A stretch of DNA of 64,000 nt from Eledone cirrhosa. Taxonomy: Eukaryota. The DNA is taken from contig OZ024740.1 of NCBI GenBank assembly GCA_964016885.1, positions 282,162,001-282,226,000 of the forward strand. Reading direction: 5' to 3'. The notes under the pieces were generated by a model, which was not told the origin of the DNA, made no database searches, and worked only from the letters and a program-made list of their open reading frames with translations. Positions 27,040 to 40,342 of this stretch are shown piece by piece; the first letter of the stretch is position 1, and every line of letters begins with the position of its first letter. The translations under genes were made by a program, and so were the position numbers.

Positions 27040-30000
27040 TTCGTCTACAGCGCGATGGTGGCACGCTAAAATCACCGGGGGTGATGAAATCACTGGGGGT
27101 GATGAAATCACCGGTAGTTATGTAACCATACATTCACCAATCCTCGATATGAGTGCTTTAATGTCGAAATTAAACAGTTCGAATAGCGGTGAAGTGGAGA
27201 CTGGAATGTCATGTGACAGACTCTCACCCATCAGGTGCTCCCTGGCTCAGCAGCAAACCAAATACTGGCTGTCAACCAAATACTGGCTGTCAACCAAATA
27301 CTGCTGGTGTCGGAGGAAGAAGAAGGAAAGGGACCAGAACCAACTGGACGAAATAATTGAATAGAACTGTTATGCAATGTTACCTGAAGAGTAACCCCAA
27401 GGAAAAAGGCTATAGGAAACGGATGCATAACATCTGCAACGAGATTCGTATATTTAAATTAGATGAACAAAAATTGGCCGGGCAGGCTCGGGTAATAAGA
27501 ACTAATGGGTGGATAAGCGAGCTGGAACTGGAGGAACTGAGCAGAGAGATTAGGTTGGAAATAGAGAGTGGCGTACGCCAGGCAAACGAGCCAGTGGGAA
27601 ATGAAGGTGAAGAGGTTGAGAGACCTGAGGAACCATCCGAAGCAGACAATGATCTGAATGCTGAAATAAATAACATCTGGAACAAAGATACGGCCATTGA
27701 GGAAATGAATGCTGATGGGCTAGGACAAGATTTGGTTGATATCCTAAACTTAGTGGTAGATGAAATGAACAATGATAGTGGGAAACCTATGAACCTAAGG
27801 TTTCTAGACAGGAAAAAGTTAAAAGAAACAAAAGCTAAGGTAAACAAAGTCATCCCATACCTTGAGGCGAGGAGCCTTCACCAGTGCAACAATATCCTCA
27901 AAGCAACAGCAAATGCGGTGAAGAAATTACTTGGCATAAAAGCGAGAGGAAACAACAGACAAGAAAGAACAGAACCTTAGTGGAAGAAACGACTAAATGG
28001 TCAAATCAGGGAAATGAGAAATGACATTGAAAAGCGTGAGTCCCTAAAAAACATAGACACTAAAAATAGAGTGGAAATACGGTACAAAACTAGGAGGAAA
28101 AAGCTAAATATTATCATAGAGGAACTGAAGCAACGCATTGTAGCAAAGAGTGCACAAATTAGGCGATACGAGAGCAGAGTCAGTCAGTATAGACAGAACC
28201 GCATGTTTGACAACAGCGAGAAGATGTTGTTTGGACAGCTTGAAGGGAAAGAAAGAGACAACGACTTGATCCCTGAGGCGGAACAAACTAAGACATTCTG
28301 GAGAGGAATATGGGAGCAGGATGTTAAACATAATGACAAGGCGGTGTGGATTGAGACAGTACAGAAGGAGATTAGTGAACAGACACACCAACAAACTGAT
28401 TTGAGTATCACAGTTGAAACTCTTAAGGGGCAGGCCAAAAAACTAACAAACTGGAAATCACCAGGCCCAGATGGTGTGCAGGATTAAAAATATAATATCC
28501 CTCCACCCGAAACTGACAACCATGTTCAATGACTGCTTGATGTCAGGTGAGGTACCAGAGTGGTTGACAAAAGGTACCACAGTTCTGGTAATGAAAGACC
28601 GAATCAAGGGTAATGATGTTACCAACTATAGACCTATCACATGTCTGTCCGTAGTGTGGAAATTGTTAACAAGCATTGTGTTTGAGGAAATCTACCATCA
28701 CCTCCACACAAACAACTTGTTACCGGACGAACAGAAAGGATGCCGAAAGAAGTCCCGTGGTACAAAGGACCAGTTACTTATTGATAAGATGGTAATGAGG
28801 AATTGCAAGTCTTGCCATGGGATGGATAGACTACAAAAAGGCATTTGACCTGGTACCTCATTCTTGGATCACCAAAAGCCTAGATATCTTCAAGGTGGCA
28901 GATAACATCAGACAGTTGTTGAGCAAAAGTATGAAGTCCTGGAAAACAGAATTAACATCGGCTGGAGAATCCATGGGAGGAGTGAAGATCAAGAGAGGTA
29001 TCTTTCAGGGAGATAGTCTGTCCCCTCTGTTGTTTGTCCTTGCCCTGATGCCCCTGACCATTATACTGCGAAAAGTGAGAGCAGGATACAAGTTGGCAAA
29101 GGGTGGAGTCTTTAGTAAGTGTGGAGTCCTTGTGATGAAGAGGGGTAAATTGAGCAGAAGCAACGGAATCCAGGTACCAACAGGTGAGATGATAAAGGAA
29201 ATTGACACTGAAGAAAGATACAATAATTTAGGTATTCTGGAGGCTGATGACAGCAAGAACAAAAAAAGAAGGAATTGATAAGTTCTGAATACATTCGGAG
29301 AGTAAGGGGCGTATTAAAATCACATCTGAACAGAAGGAATGCCATAAGTGCAGTAAATACCCGAGCTGTGTCTATTATTAGGTACAGTGCGGGAATTCTG
29401 AGATGGAATGTTTCTGAACAAAAAGAAATGGATAGGAAGCTATTGACTATCTACAACACGTTCCACAAGAGGAGTGATGTCGAAAGATTCTACTTAAGGA
29501 TCTGAAGGTGGAAGAGGTCTTATCAGCATAGAGGACTGTGTTCAGATGGAGAAAACAACCTAAACAAATACGTGACTGATAGTAGGGAGCCAATGCTCAG
29601 AATTGTACTGAGAGAACAATAGACCAGGGGATGTCCAAGGAGGAAATAACAACAAGGAGAAAGAGCAACCTTCATGAAAAATCCCTTCATAGTACCTTCT
29701 TTGAGAAAACTGAATTCAGAGATCCACAGACATGGAACTGGTTGAAAAGAGGAGACCTTAAAAAGGCTACAGAAAGAATGCTAATGGAACACAATAGACC
29801 TGACCTGGTGGTTTTGGACAAGGAAAAAAGATCGTGCCTGATTGTGGATGTGGCCTGGCCATTCGACAGGAGAGTGCAAGAGAAGGAGAGGGAGAAAATT
29901 AACCGATACCAGGACTTAAAGTGGGAGGTAAAAATGATTTGGAACTGCGATGAAGTCAAAGTGGTCCCGATTGTCATAGGCGCATTTGGTACTATCTCAA

Positions 30001-30210
30001 AGAGTTTCCAATGATGGTTAAAGAAAATTGGTCCCGCCCCGCTTTTTGGAACACTTCAAAAGGCATGCTTGCTGGGAACAGCAAGAACCCTCCGATACGT
30101 CCTCAATATCTGAGGCTGCAGGTGGTGGCTTGATATTCATTTCAACAAACTTTCCAGTTAACTAACATCAATGACTGAGACAAAAAGAACAATAATAATA
30201 AAAATAATAA
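27040..30210 (+). mobile_element. R4/Dong-like RLE LINE, near full length with internal deletions
   Basis: N-terminal NRTVMQCY..NP..GYRKRM, WKSPGPDG, NYRPITCL, EQKGC, GIFQGDSLSP and RLE RPDLVVLD; (TAA)n tail. Confidence 0.92.
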
Positions 30211-30214
30211 TAAT

Positions 30215-33200
30215 GATATCTTTATTGGCCACAAGGGCTGACATCAAGAAAAACATTACAGACGGCATAGTACGGTACAGGACGGCACAGGACGGTACGA
30301 TGTGGGTTTTGTGCTTGTAAAGATTTTTATTATTTATATAAAAAAAGAAAAAAAGACAGAAACATATATATATTTATAAACAATAAAATTGAAAATTGAA
30401 ACAATGAAAAAATTCCCCAATAGTGGGGAAACCTCTGAGGGTTAATCGTGGCGAAAACTGCACAAAAGACCACGGCCACCCTGACCACCAGGGCAAGTGA
30501 TCTCTCTCAATTTTTCCATTTCTCAAACTACAGGCGTATATTCAGAGCGGTCCTGTTCACTCGGACCATTCTCACTACATTCACCCACCTTTCAACAAAC
30601 TTGCTAGAAGGCAGCACTTGCCTCTCCACCCTGATTTTCCTCTTCAAGTGAAACTTGAAAATGTTAATCAGGGATTCACCGAAGAGGAAAGTGTATGTCT
30701 TTAACCCTTTCAACCTTGTACACCACACAATCTCTTTTGCCATGGCCACCAGGCAGATGAAAACCGCCTGCCCTTCCTCCTCGAAGGAGACGGTGAGACC
30801 ATCTGCACAATGGACTCAGTCGATAACAGGATCTGTCCTACACGCGACAGCAACTGTTCGACATAGCTCCACAAGTCAGCAATGCTCGGGCATTGAACGA
30901 GTGCGTGCACGATGGTTTCGTCGCTCTGCGCGCATCTCGGACAGGCCCGGCTGACGGCACTTCTGTGCCTGTAGAGCTTATCTCGAACCGGCAACACTCC
31001 TCGGTAGCACTTCAAGGCCAGGGATTTTGGGAAGTTATCCATAAGCCCTGGGCTGAAAGTTCTCCGGAAGAGAGCAAACAGCTGATCTACTTCGACGCCC
31101 AGGATCTCTCCGAGAACGTCGTCGCTCTTCCCCTCCACTAGTCCTCTATAGAACGCCGAGGTGGATGTTCCACCGATACTGGTGTTTAGCTGGCAGAAGG
31201 CAGTGAGCGCCTGGAGACATTACAGCTTCCAAGCGCTATCCCTCTGTCATTTTCTGACCCAGGTTTGCAGCTCCGTCAAGGAGAGGAGCTGTGGGAAAAC
31301 GTGCCTGGCGAACGGTGACCACACATGTTCACTGTCAAGGAAACACCAGAGATGTCGCAGCCTCAGCGCATGTTTGCGCATCATCAGCCATGGCATAACC
31401 AGTCCTCTACGCAACGGGTGTTGACAGCAGATGGATGGTCTGACCATGGGAGCGCGTTCTTTCCATAAAAAGCGGAAGAGGAGGCGCTCCATTTTGGTGA
31501 GAGTTCGGCCGGGGCAAGGGACGACGGTGAGGCGGTAGCAGATGACGGATGCGATGTACGCATTCGCAACCTCCGCCCGGTCTTTCAGGGACAGCTTCCT
31601 CTCGGCCCATTTCTGGGTGACGGAGGCCACCCTGGTCGTCACCTCGCTCCAGTTTTTCTCCATCTGGAGGTGCGGTCCGAACCAGACCCCAAACAATTTA
31701 ACCGGTCCGTCCAACGCTCCACGACGGTGTCGGACGGCATTGACCTGCCTCTCCAGGTAACGAGCTGGAAGCCCACCGACTTTTTTTGGTTTATCTTTGC
31801 TCCTGTCACCGCTACGTATTCCTTAAGAGCGATGCCGAACATCTAGACGTATCTGGTGCTCGATACCACCACAGTGACGTCGTCAGCGTAAGCCGACTCG
31901 GATTTCCCGCATCCTAGTTCGCGTGGGACGCCCCGATTGCCCCCAGTTTGTGAAGTAACGGCTCGAGAGCCAATACGTACAAGAGAGACGAGAGGGGATA
32001 ACCCTGGCGGACCGAGCGCATGATGCTGAACGGCTGCGACAGGTGACGGTTCACCCTCACAACTGAGCAGATGTCGCTGTACATCACAGCGATCCAACCC
32101 CTGAAAACGGGCTCGAACCAGCTGCTTCGAGGACCCCCGCCAGGTACCGATGGTCGACCCTATCGAATGCTTTGGATTGATCCAAGTTGATCAGGGTCCC
32201 ACCCGTGCCAGGTTCCTTAATCCCCCTCTCTATGATGTATCGCATGAGGTGGAGGTTGTCGTGTATGCATCTGTCCGGAATGGCGCACGGTTGCGCCTCT
32301 CCCACTAGACCCTTGACGACAAGCGCCAACCTCGTTGCTAACACCTTGGCCAAAATCTTGAACTCTGCGTTTAGCAGGGTTATGGGCCTGAACTTATCGA
32401 TAACATCCCCCTTAATCGGGTCTTTTCTCAGCAGCGCCACTGCTCCCCGGCTCACAAAACTGGGAATGCTCCTGTTTTGCTGCCAGTTGCAGTAGACGTC
32501 TGCCAAGATGTCGCCGAACAAGTCTGGCATATACGCATAAAGCTCGTAGGGCAGACCATCCAAACCTGGCGATTTACCCCTCGTGCAGTTAGCCATCGCT
32601 TCCCGTTTTTCACCGGCTGTTATTGGCTTTTCGCAACACTGTGCTGCGGTCGTCGAGAGCCGAGGCAGTCCGTCGAGATATGCACTGAAGTCCATACCCC
32701 GATCCGGCCCACCGCCTCTCCCGAACATGCCAGCAAAGTGCTGCTGAAAAGCTTCACACATCTTGCTCGGTTTCGAGCAATACGCGTCCGTTTTGGTCAG
32801 ATAAAGACCGAATTATGGCTTTGTTTCCACGTCGCGCCTCTGCCACCCGGGCCCATTGGACGGCTTTTATCCCCTCGTGTTTCAGAACACGCTCTGACAA
32901 CGCAGCCTTCGTGTTTTGCGTTGAAGAGAATTGGTCGAGTGCCAATCTCGCCGCAAGCACGTCGGTTGCGATGCCTGTCCTAAATACCTCTTCTAGCTTT
33001 CTGACTAGCTCTCCCTCTACTCTATTTTCTTCTATCACTAGTCCTTTGCTAAACTTAATCGACTCTACTTTAATTGCCCTTTTCAGGGCGAACCACCACC
33101 TGTTGTTGACGACCGCTCCCGTCAACATCCGCTTAACTAATACGCTAATCCGCTCTCTGTATGCTTTGCGCGCCGGGAAAAACGCGTTCAGCTTACAGTA

Positions 33201-36150
33201 ACCGGGTCCTTGTCTATGAAGTCTGTCTATGTCGATCTCACAGATCACAAATTTGTGGTCTGTGTAGTCAACTATTTTAAATTGTGGACAACTTATACTA
33301 GCCTTATCTAGTTCTCTGCAGAATACCCTATCGAGATACGATCTGGATGACCCGATGCGGTTCGTCCATGTACACATTGGCACATTCGGGTGATCCACTC
33401 GATACCTGTCAGACAGTTCAAGACGTCTGACATGTTGGTGAGGCTCTTGTACCCTCCTCCCCTATCCACTAGCTCCACACAATCCCAGCGTACATCCAAG
33501 ATACCGTTCCAGTCGCCCACTAACGCTAAGGAGCCGGACGTTCCAAGAAAGGTCTCTAGACGTCTGAAGAAATCTGACCGTGCTGCCCCAGTTGGGGCGT
33601 AGACGGCTACTAGCCTGAAAGCATTGCCTTCGCTGCTGGTCACATCCAGCACCACCGACTTGATGGTCCGTATGGCGAGATCCAAGCCTCTCCGAAAAAG
33701 GACGGCAACCCCTCTCCCCCCCCCCCCCGATCCTGGACGGATGGGAGATGTGTATACATCGTAGCCGCCGAAGATCGGTGCAAAGGCTCGTGCTTCGGAG
33801 ATTCTGGTCTCGCTGATGGCCACCACATCTATGTTTAGTGACCTGAAGTCGTTGAGCAGGTGACCCTGTTTCCAAGATGACCCCAGACCACGTGCATTTA
33901 TACTGCCTATTCTGAGTACGGCCATGTTGGATGAGAAACGGGGCAAGTGAGAAAGGCTCTCTTACCTTGATCGTGTGGTGAAGGGACAGTAGAAGCGTCC
34001 CTTTGGCGGCTGGTCATGGGTGTTTCCAAGAGGATGTCAGTGTATATGCTCTTGGTAACCGACCCTCTGAAGTCTCCAACTGCGTTGGGAATTTTTGTTT
34101 TAAAATTTGTACTGTTCTATTTTGATATCGATGATGCTTATGTTTGTCGGGAGAGTTCTTGGTGTTGGTGGGATGTAGTAGTTTTTTTCTGTGATGTATG
34201 TGTGCTTCTTTATATATTGTATGAGTTCTTTATTTGCCACGTTTATGGCTGTGTACTTTTTGTGGGGAGGGGTGATATTGTTGCTGTTTGGTGTGTGTGT
34301 TCTGTTTTGTTTGCATTGTTAGTATTTTTGGTGATGCTGGTGGTGGTGTGGTTGTTGTTGGCGGTGGTGCTTGTGGTGGTGATGGTGATGGTGGTGGTGT
34401 TGCTGCAAGTCTCCTTGCAGCCTTTACGCCTCTTTGTGTGCCTTCGCTTGTGGAGGGTGAAGCTAAGTGTTTTTTTGTTTTTTGTTTTTTTTGTGGCAGA
34501 CCGTTTGCCACTTTACTCCCGCCTCAGACTCCATGTCAGATTCCGTGGCTGTTGGTGGTGGTAGTGGAGCCCTCTCTGGCAATTTTGTTGCTGGTAGAGT
34601 TACTGCAAATGTAACTACTGGTGTTGCCGCCACTGATGCTGCTTCTTTAGTTGTCCGTGGCCTTGGTACGGGTGGCACGGACGTTGCCCTCCTACTCACT
34701 GTGTTTGTTGCCTGCCCTGCTCTTGGTAGCAGCGGACCAGGTATTGGAAGGAGAGGTGCCTTTTTCTTCGCTGTCTTCTGCGGGCAAAAGGCTCTGAGGT
34801 GACCCACAGAGATAACATTTTGGCCGTCTTCCTTCTACGCTTATAGGGAGTTGGAGTCTTTCCTCGATGTCTATGATATCGGGGATAGCATCGATACATT
34901 CCTGGTCAGTTTGTATAAGCATTTGCATGCCTATATCTGACCAGTTTTCTCTCCCTATTTTCTCTACTTGCAGCATGGTCGTCTTGTTCGCGATTCCAGC
35001 AAGGACAGACGCGGCCAGCCAAGGTATGGGCACGTCGGGTGGGACCTGGGTCACTTTGACCCTCACAATTTTCTGCCCGCAGTAAGAGAGCACCTAGACT
35101 ATCTCATCACTCTTTAGGGTTTCCAAAGAGTGAGACTTCGCTTCTTGGGGGGTCGCGAAAAGTACGTCTACTGTGGCGTACTTTCTGCTTAGGGTGATGT
35201 GGGTTTTGCGTGCCCAGACGCACCCCAAGGCCTTTTGGATTTGATGTGAGATTTTGCTTCCGGTACGGTAAGTCACCGTCCGTAGCTGCTGGTCCTTGAA
35301 AACATCGGGTGGAGGTTTCAGGGAGACTCTATTGGCGCTTCTTGTCACCATGGCCCTTGCGACTGCCATCTCCTCCTCTGTGACTAACACTGTTACGATA
35401 TTTGGGGCGACACCTGCAAAAGAAGTGGTCCCTTTTTCAGCAGCACCACTATTGCTGCCGCTACTGGTCTTACTGGTGGTGCTGAGGTCGCTATTACAGG
35501 TATCGATGTCATTGTTGATGTTTTCGTTGGTACAGTTATTGGTGTTGTTGCTGTTGTTTTCGTTGATACTGTTGCTGTTGTTACTGTTATTGTGGCTGTT
35601 GTTATTATTGTTGTTTTTGTTGATACTGTTCCTACTATTATTGTTGTTGTGGCTGTTGTTATTGTCATTGTTATTATCGTTCTCGACCTGCCCGCTGTTA
35701 TTTTTGTTATTGTCGTTCTCGACCTTACCGCTGTAATTTTTGTTGTTGCTGTTGTTATTGATGGTGTTGTTGGTGTTATTGTTGGTGTTGTTTGTGTTTG
35801 AAATAATTGATGTTTTTAAATCTGTAACAATATCATTAAAAATGATATTGTTCCTCTTTTCCTTCGTAATATTTTCGTTTATATTCACCTCCGCTGGAAC
35901 GCTGTCTTGTTGACATGTTGACAAAGTCTCCCTCCCTCTGAGTTGTCTGACAGGGCTTGCTGTCTTTCTTGTGTTATCCATGTTGAAAAGGGGTGCCGTA
36001 TTATTTACGAGTGATCCCCTGTATTAGGTGGGTCACTTTTTCTAAACATTTATCAAATTTAAAACTTGAATAAAAGGTTTAGAACGGTTGAAAACGAGGT
36101 AAAACGTTGAAAAGAACTGGAGGCGATAAGAAGCGTGGCTTCACCAACAA
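30215..36150 (-). mobile_element. Tx1/L1-clade LINE copy B, full length but degenerate
   Basis: 5' UTR; ORF1 from 35981 with Asn-rich tract and KCYLCG knuckle; ORF2 from ~33925 with APE (VYAP, GDWN, SYLDR, TDHK), RT and CPRC finger; 3' AATAAA; (TAA)n at both ends. Confidence 0.93.
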
Positions 36151-36187
36151 TACTAATAATAATAATATAATAATAATAATATAATAA

Positions 36188-38712
36188 TGTTTTCTTTATT
36201 AACCACAAGGGTTTACACAAAGTAGCCATTAAGGACAGTACAGGACAATACAGGACGGTACAAAAGGGCATTTCTGCGTGTAAAAAAACAAAAAAACAGA
36301 TGATGTAATAATAGAACAATGAACAAATTCCCCAATAGGGGGGAGACTTCCGAGGGACATTCGTGGAGAAAGCCCATTAAAAAGCCACAGTGACCCTGAT
36401 CACAAGGGCAAGTGCCCTCGCCCAGTTCTCCACCTTTAATTTACAGACACATACTCAGAGTAGGCCCATTCACTCGGGCCATTCTTGCCTCTCTCACCCA
36501 TCTTTCAACAAAATGCTGGGAAGAGAGCACTTCCCTCTCTACCCTGATTTTCCTTTTCAAATGAAATTTGAAAAAGTTAATCAGGGCATCACCGAAGAGG
36601 TAAGTGCTCGTCTTCAGCCCTTTCAAACCTGTCCATCATACTATCTCTTTCGCCATGGCCACCAGACAGATAAAAACAGCCTGCCCTTCCCGGCTAAAGG
36701 TAGAGGGCGGGGCAATCCTCACGATGGACTCAGTTGATAGTTGGATCCGTCCTACACGCGACAGCAGGTGTTCGACATAAACCCACAAGTCAGCAATGCT
36801 CGGACACTGGACGAGTGCGTGCAGGAAGGTTTTGTCGCCCTGCGCGCATCTCGGACATGCCCGGCTGACGGCACCTCCATGCCTGTAGAGTTTATCCAGA
36901 ACTGGCAAAGCTCTTCGGTAGCACTGCCAAGCCAGGGATTTCTGGAAGTTGTCCATAGGCCCCGGCCCGAAAGTTCTTCCGAAGAGAATGGCCAGTTGAT
37001 TTTCGTCGACGCCTAGAGTTTCCCCAAGTACGTCGTCGCTCTTCCCCTCCACTAATCCTCTATAGAACGTCAAGGTGGAGTTTCCATCGATCACATTGCC
37101 CGATTGGTCGAGGGCTGAGAGCGCCTGAAGACATTCCAGTCTCCAAGCGCTCCCTCTCGGTCGTCGCTTGACCCAAGACTGCAGCTCCGTCAAGGAGACG
37201 AGCTGGGGAAAGACGCGTCTAGAAAACGGCGACCACACATGAGCACCGTCGAGGAAGAGGTGATGTCGTAGCATGAGCGCGTGTCTGCGCATCATCAGCC
37301 ACGGCATGCCCAGCCCTTCACGTGGCGGGTGTTGACAGCAGATGGACCGCCTGACCATCGGAGCGCGTCCATTCCACAAAAAGCGAAAGAGCAAACGCTC
37401 CAGCGCAGTCAGACAGGGCTTAGGACAAGGTACGACCTTTCAGGGATAGCTTCCTCTCCGCCCATTTCTGGGTGAGAGAAGCCACCCTGCGCGTCACCTC
37501 GTCCCAGCTTTTGTCCGTCTGGAGGTCCGGACCGAACCAAACCCCTAGCAATTTAACCGGTCCGTCCGTCCAGGGCCCGACGACGCTGTTGGACGGCATG
37601 GACCTGCCTCTCCAGGTGCCTAGCTGCAGGCCGACTGACTTTTCCTGGTTGATCATTGCTTCTGTCACCGCTTCGTATTCTCTTAGTGTAGTGCCGATCG
37701 CCTCGATGTGTTTGGCGTTCGACACCACTACGGTGTTATCGTCCGCATATGCTGACACGGATCTTCCGCATCCTAGTTCGCGCGGGACCCCCCTCAACGT
37801 CTCCAGTTTGTGCAGTAATGGCTCGAGAGTCAATACGTAAAAGAGGTACGAGAGGGGACATCCTTGGCGGACCGAGCGCATGATGTTGAACAGTTCCGAA
37901 AGGTGACCGTTCACTCTCACCACAGAGCAGATGTCGCTGTGCGTGGCAGCGATCCAGCCTCTGAAGACGGGCCCAAAGCCAGCCGCCCTCAGGACTGCCG
38001 CTAGGTAACGATGGTCCACCCTATCGAAAGCTTTCGACTGATCTAAATTGATCAAGGACCCACCCATGCCAGGTTCCCTAGCTACCCTCTCTACGATGTA
38101 TCGCATGAGGTGGAGGTTGTCGTGGATGGATCTGTCGGGAATGGCGCCTGTCTGCGTCTCTCCCACCAGACCACCAACGACAAGCGCCAACCTCTTTGCT
38201 AGCACCTTGGCCAAAATCTTGAACTCTGTGTTTAGCAGAGTTATGGGTCTAGAATTATCAATGTTATCTCCCTTGTTCGGATCCTTTCTCAGCAGCGCCA
38301 CAGCTCGTCGGCTCACAGAGCTGGGAATTCTCCCGTTCTGATGCCAGTTGCAGTAGACGTTCGCCAAGAGGCCTCCGAACAAGTCTGGTATCTGTACGTA
38401 AAGTTCATATGGAAGACCATCCAAACCAGGCGATTTACCCCTTGTGCAGCCAGTCATTACCTCCCGTGCTTCAGCGGCTGTTATCGGCTTTTCGCAACAC
38501 TCCGCCTCAGTGGCCGTGAGCCGCGGCAGTCCGTCGAGGTAGACACTAAAGTCCATCCCTTGATCCGGCCCGCCGCTCCCCCCCGAAAATTGACCCTGAA
38601 AAGCTTCCCACATTTGCCCTGGATCGAGTAGCATGCGCCCGTCGTGGTCCACCAAAGACCGGATCGTGGCTTTGTTGCCACGACGCGCCTCCGCCACTCG
38701 GGCCCATTGAAC
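36188..38712 (-). mobile_element. Tx1/L1-clade LINE copy C, 5'-truncated
   Basis: Long RT frame: KSPGLDGLP, RPITLLN, LDQSKAFDRVDH, SVRQGCPLS, AYADD; 3' end AATAAAGAAAACATTATT. Confidence 0.93.
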
Positions 38713-39990
38713 ACAAGAAAATAAATGTAGCCTGAATTCAAGGAATAGGATCGATGCCATAAACTCGCTTGCCATACCAGTAGTAACCTACATTTACAAT
38801 GTCATCAACTGGTCAAGCACAGAGATCCGTAGGCTCGATACAAAATTAAAAAAATTCTTAACCATGCACAGAATGCATCACCCTAAGGCAGATACAGATA
38901 GAATATATCTCCCTAGGAAAGAAGGAGGAAGTGAATTAATCCAGTTAGATATTGCTTTGAAAACTGCAACAATTGGATTATCTACATATCTAAGGTAGGC
39001 ACATGATTGGATGATCAAACTCGTTTTGAAGCATGAAAGCATCAAAAGATCATACTCCATTACAAAAGATGCACAAAGATACAGTAATGATCTACACATT
39101 TTAGAAGTTCCCTTTACTGCTGAAATGAAAAACACAAAAAAAGCAAAGCAGGTAAAAGTAACTGCAAAGAAAGTACTGCTACAGAAACTGGCTAAGAAAT
39201 GGCAAGAAAAGCCTCTGTATGGAAAATACCAAGAAAGAGCTAACAATCCTGATGTTGACAAAACTTTAACCCATCAGTGGTTGGCATCCTCTGGACTGAA
39301 ATCGAAGACTGAAGGACTGATTATATCAGCACAAGATCAGTGTCTGCCAAAAAAAAATTATCAAGCCAACATAATAAAAAAATGGATGCAACCCATTATA
39401 TCGTGTATGTAAAAAACAACCAGAGACCATTGATCATATAATTTCAATGTGCAGTCCTCCTATAGCTCAATCCGAATAACTAAACAGGCATGACAGAGCT
39501 GCACAATACATACATTGGATAATGTGTAAGCATTTTGAACTGCCCCATCAAAAGAATTGGTGGGAGCATCGACCACCTCCCGTACTTGAGAAAGATCACA
39601 TCTCAATCTTGTGGAACTTTAGCATCCAAACAGACCGAAAAATAGATGCAAATAGACCTGATATAATACTGAAGGACTTTAAAAAGAGGGTATGCCTGTT
39701 AATTGATATGTCCGTTCCAATAGACAAGAATGTATCTATAAAAACTTTGAAAATTGAGCAAGTATAAAGACCTGGAGATAGAAATTGGAAAAATGTGAAA
39801 GTTGAGAACTAAAACAATACCAGCGGTTTTAGGCGCTCTAGGAATAATACCTAAGGGGTCTAATGATTACATATCGCAAATCCCAGGAAACCCGCGTATA
39901 GAAGAAATACAAAAGATAGTACTAATGGGAATTGCCCATATACTAAGGAAGATTCTGTCAATATAAGTACATCACAAGTCTAAACACTTA
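38713..39990 (+). mobile_element. R4/Dong-like RLE LINE 3' fragment
   Basis: WQEKPLYGKY, EGLIISAQDQ, IQTDRKIDANRPDIILKD...LIDMSVP. Confidence 0.88.
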
Positions 39991-40142
39991 AAGATGCATG
40001 TGTGTGTATGTATGTTCTTTCTTGAACATGGTGGACCTTGTTGTCTCTTGAGGTCACTGGTTGTTGACTTGGTGATAACTCGTATGAACATAAAGCAATA
40101 TAAATGCAATAATAATAATAATAATTATTATTATTATTATTA

Positions 40143-40330
40143 TTTCTACTTTTGGCACATGGCAAGCAATTATCCCAATGCATTACTGGTACTTTATTTT
40201 ATCGACCCCGTAAGGATGAAAGGCAAAGTTAACCTCGGCGGGATTTGAATTCAGAATGGCAAGGGCCGTAACTCTATGCGTCAAAGCATGGCGTCCGACC
40301 CTCTACCGATACTGCCAATCCACATGCCTT
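40143..40330 (-). mobile_element. SINE
   Basis: Complete SINE in reverse between an AAT/TTA tract and the 3' end of Tx1 copy D. Confidence 0.9.
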
Positions 40331-40342
40331 AATAATAATAAA

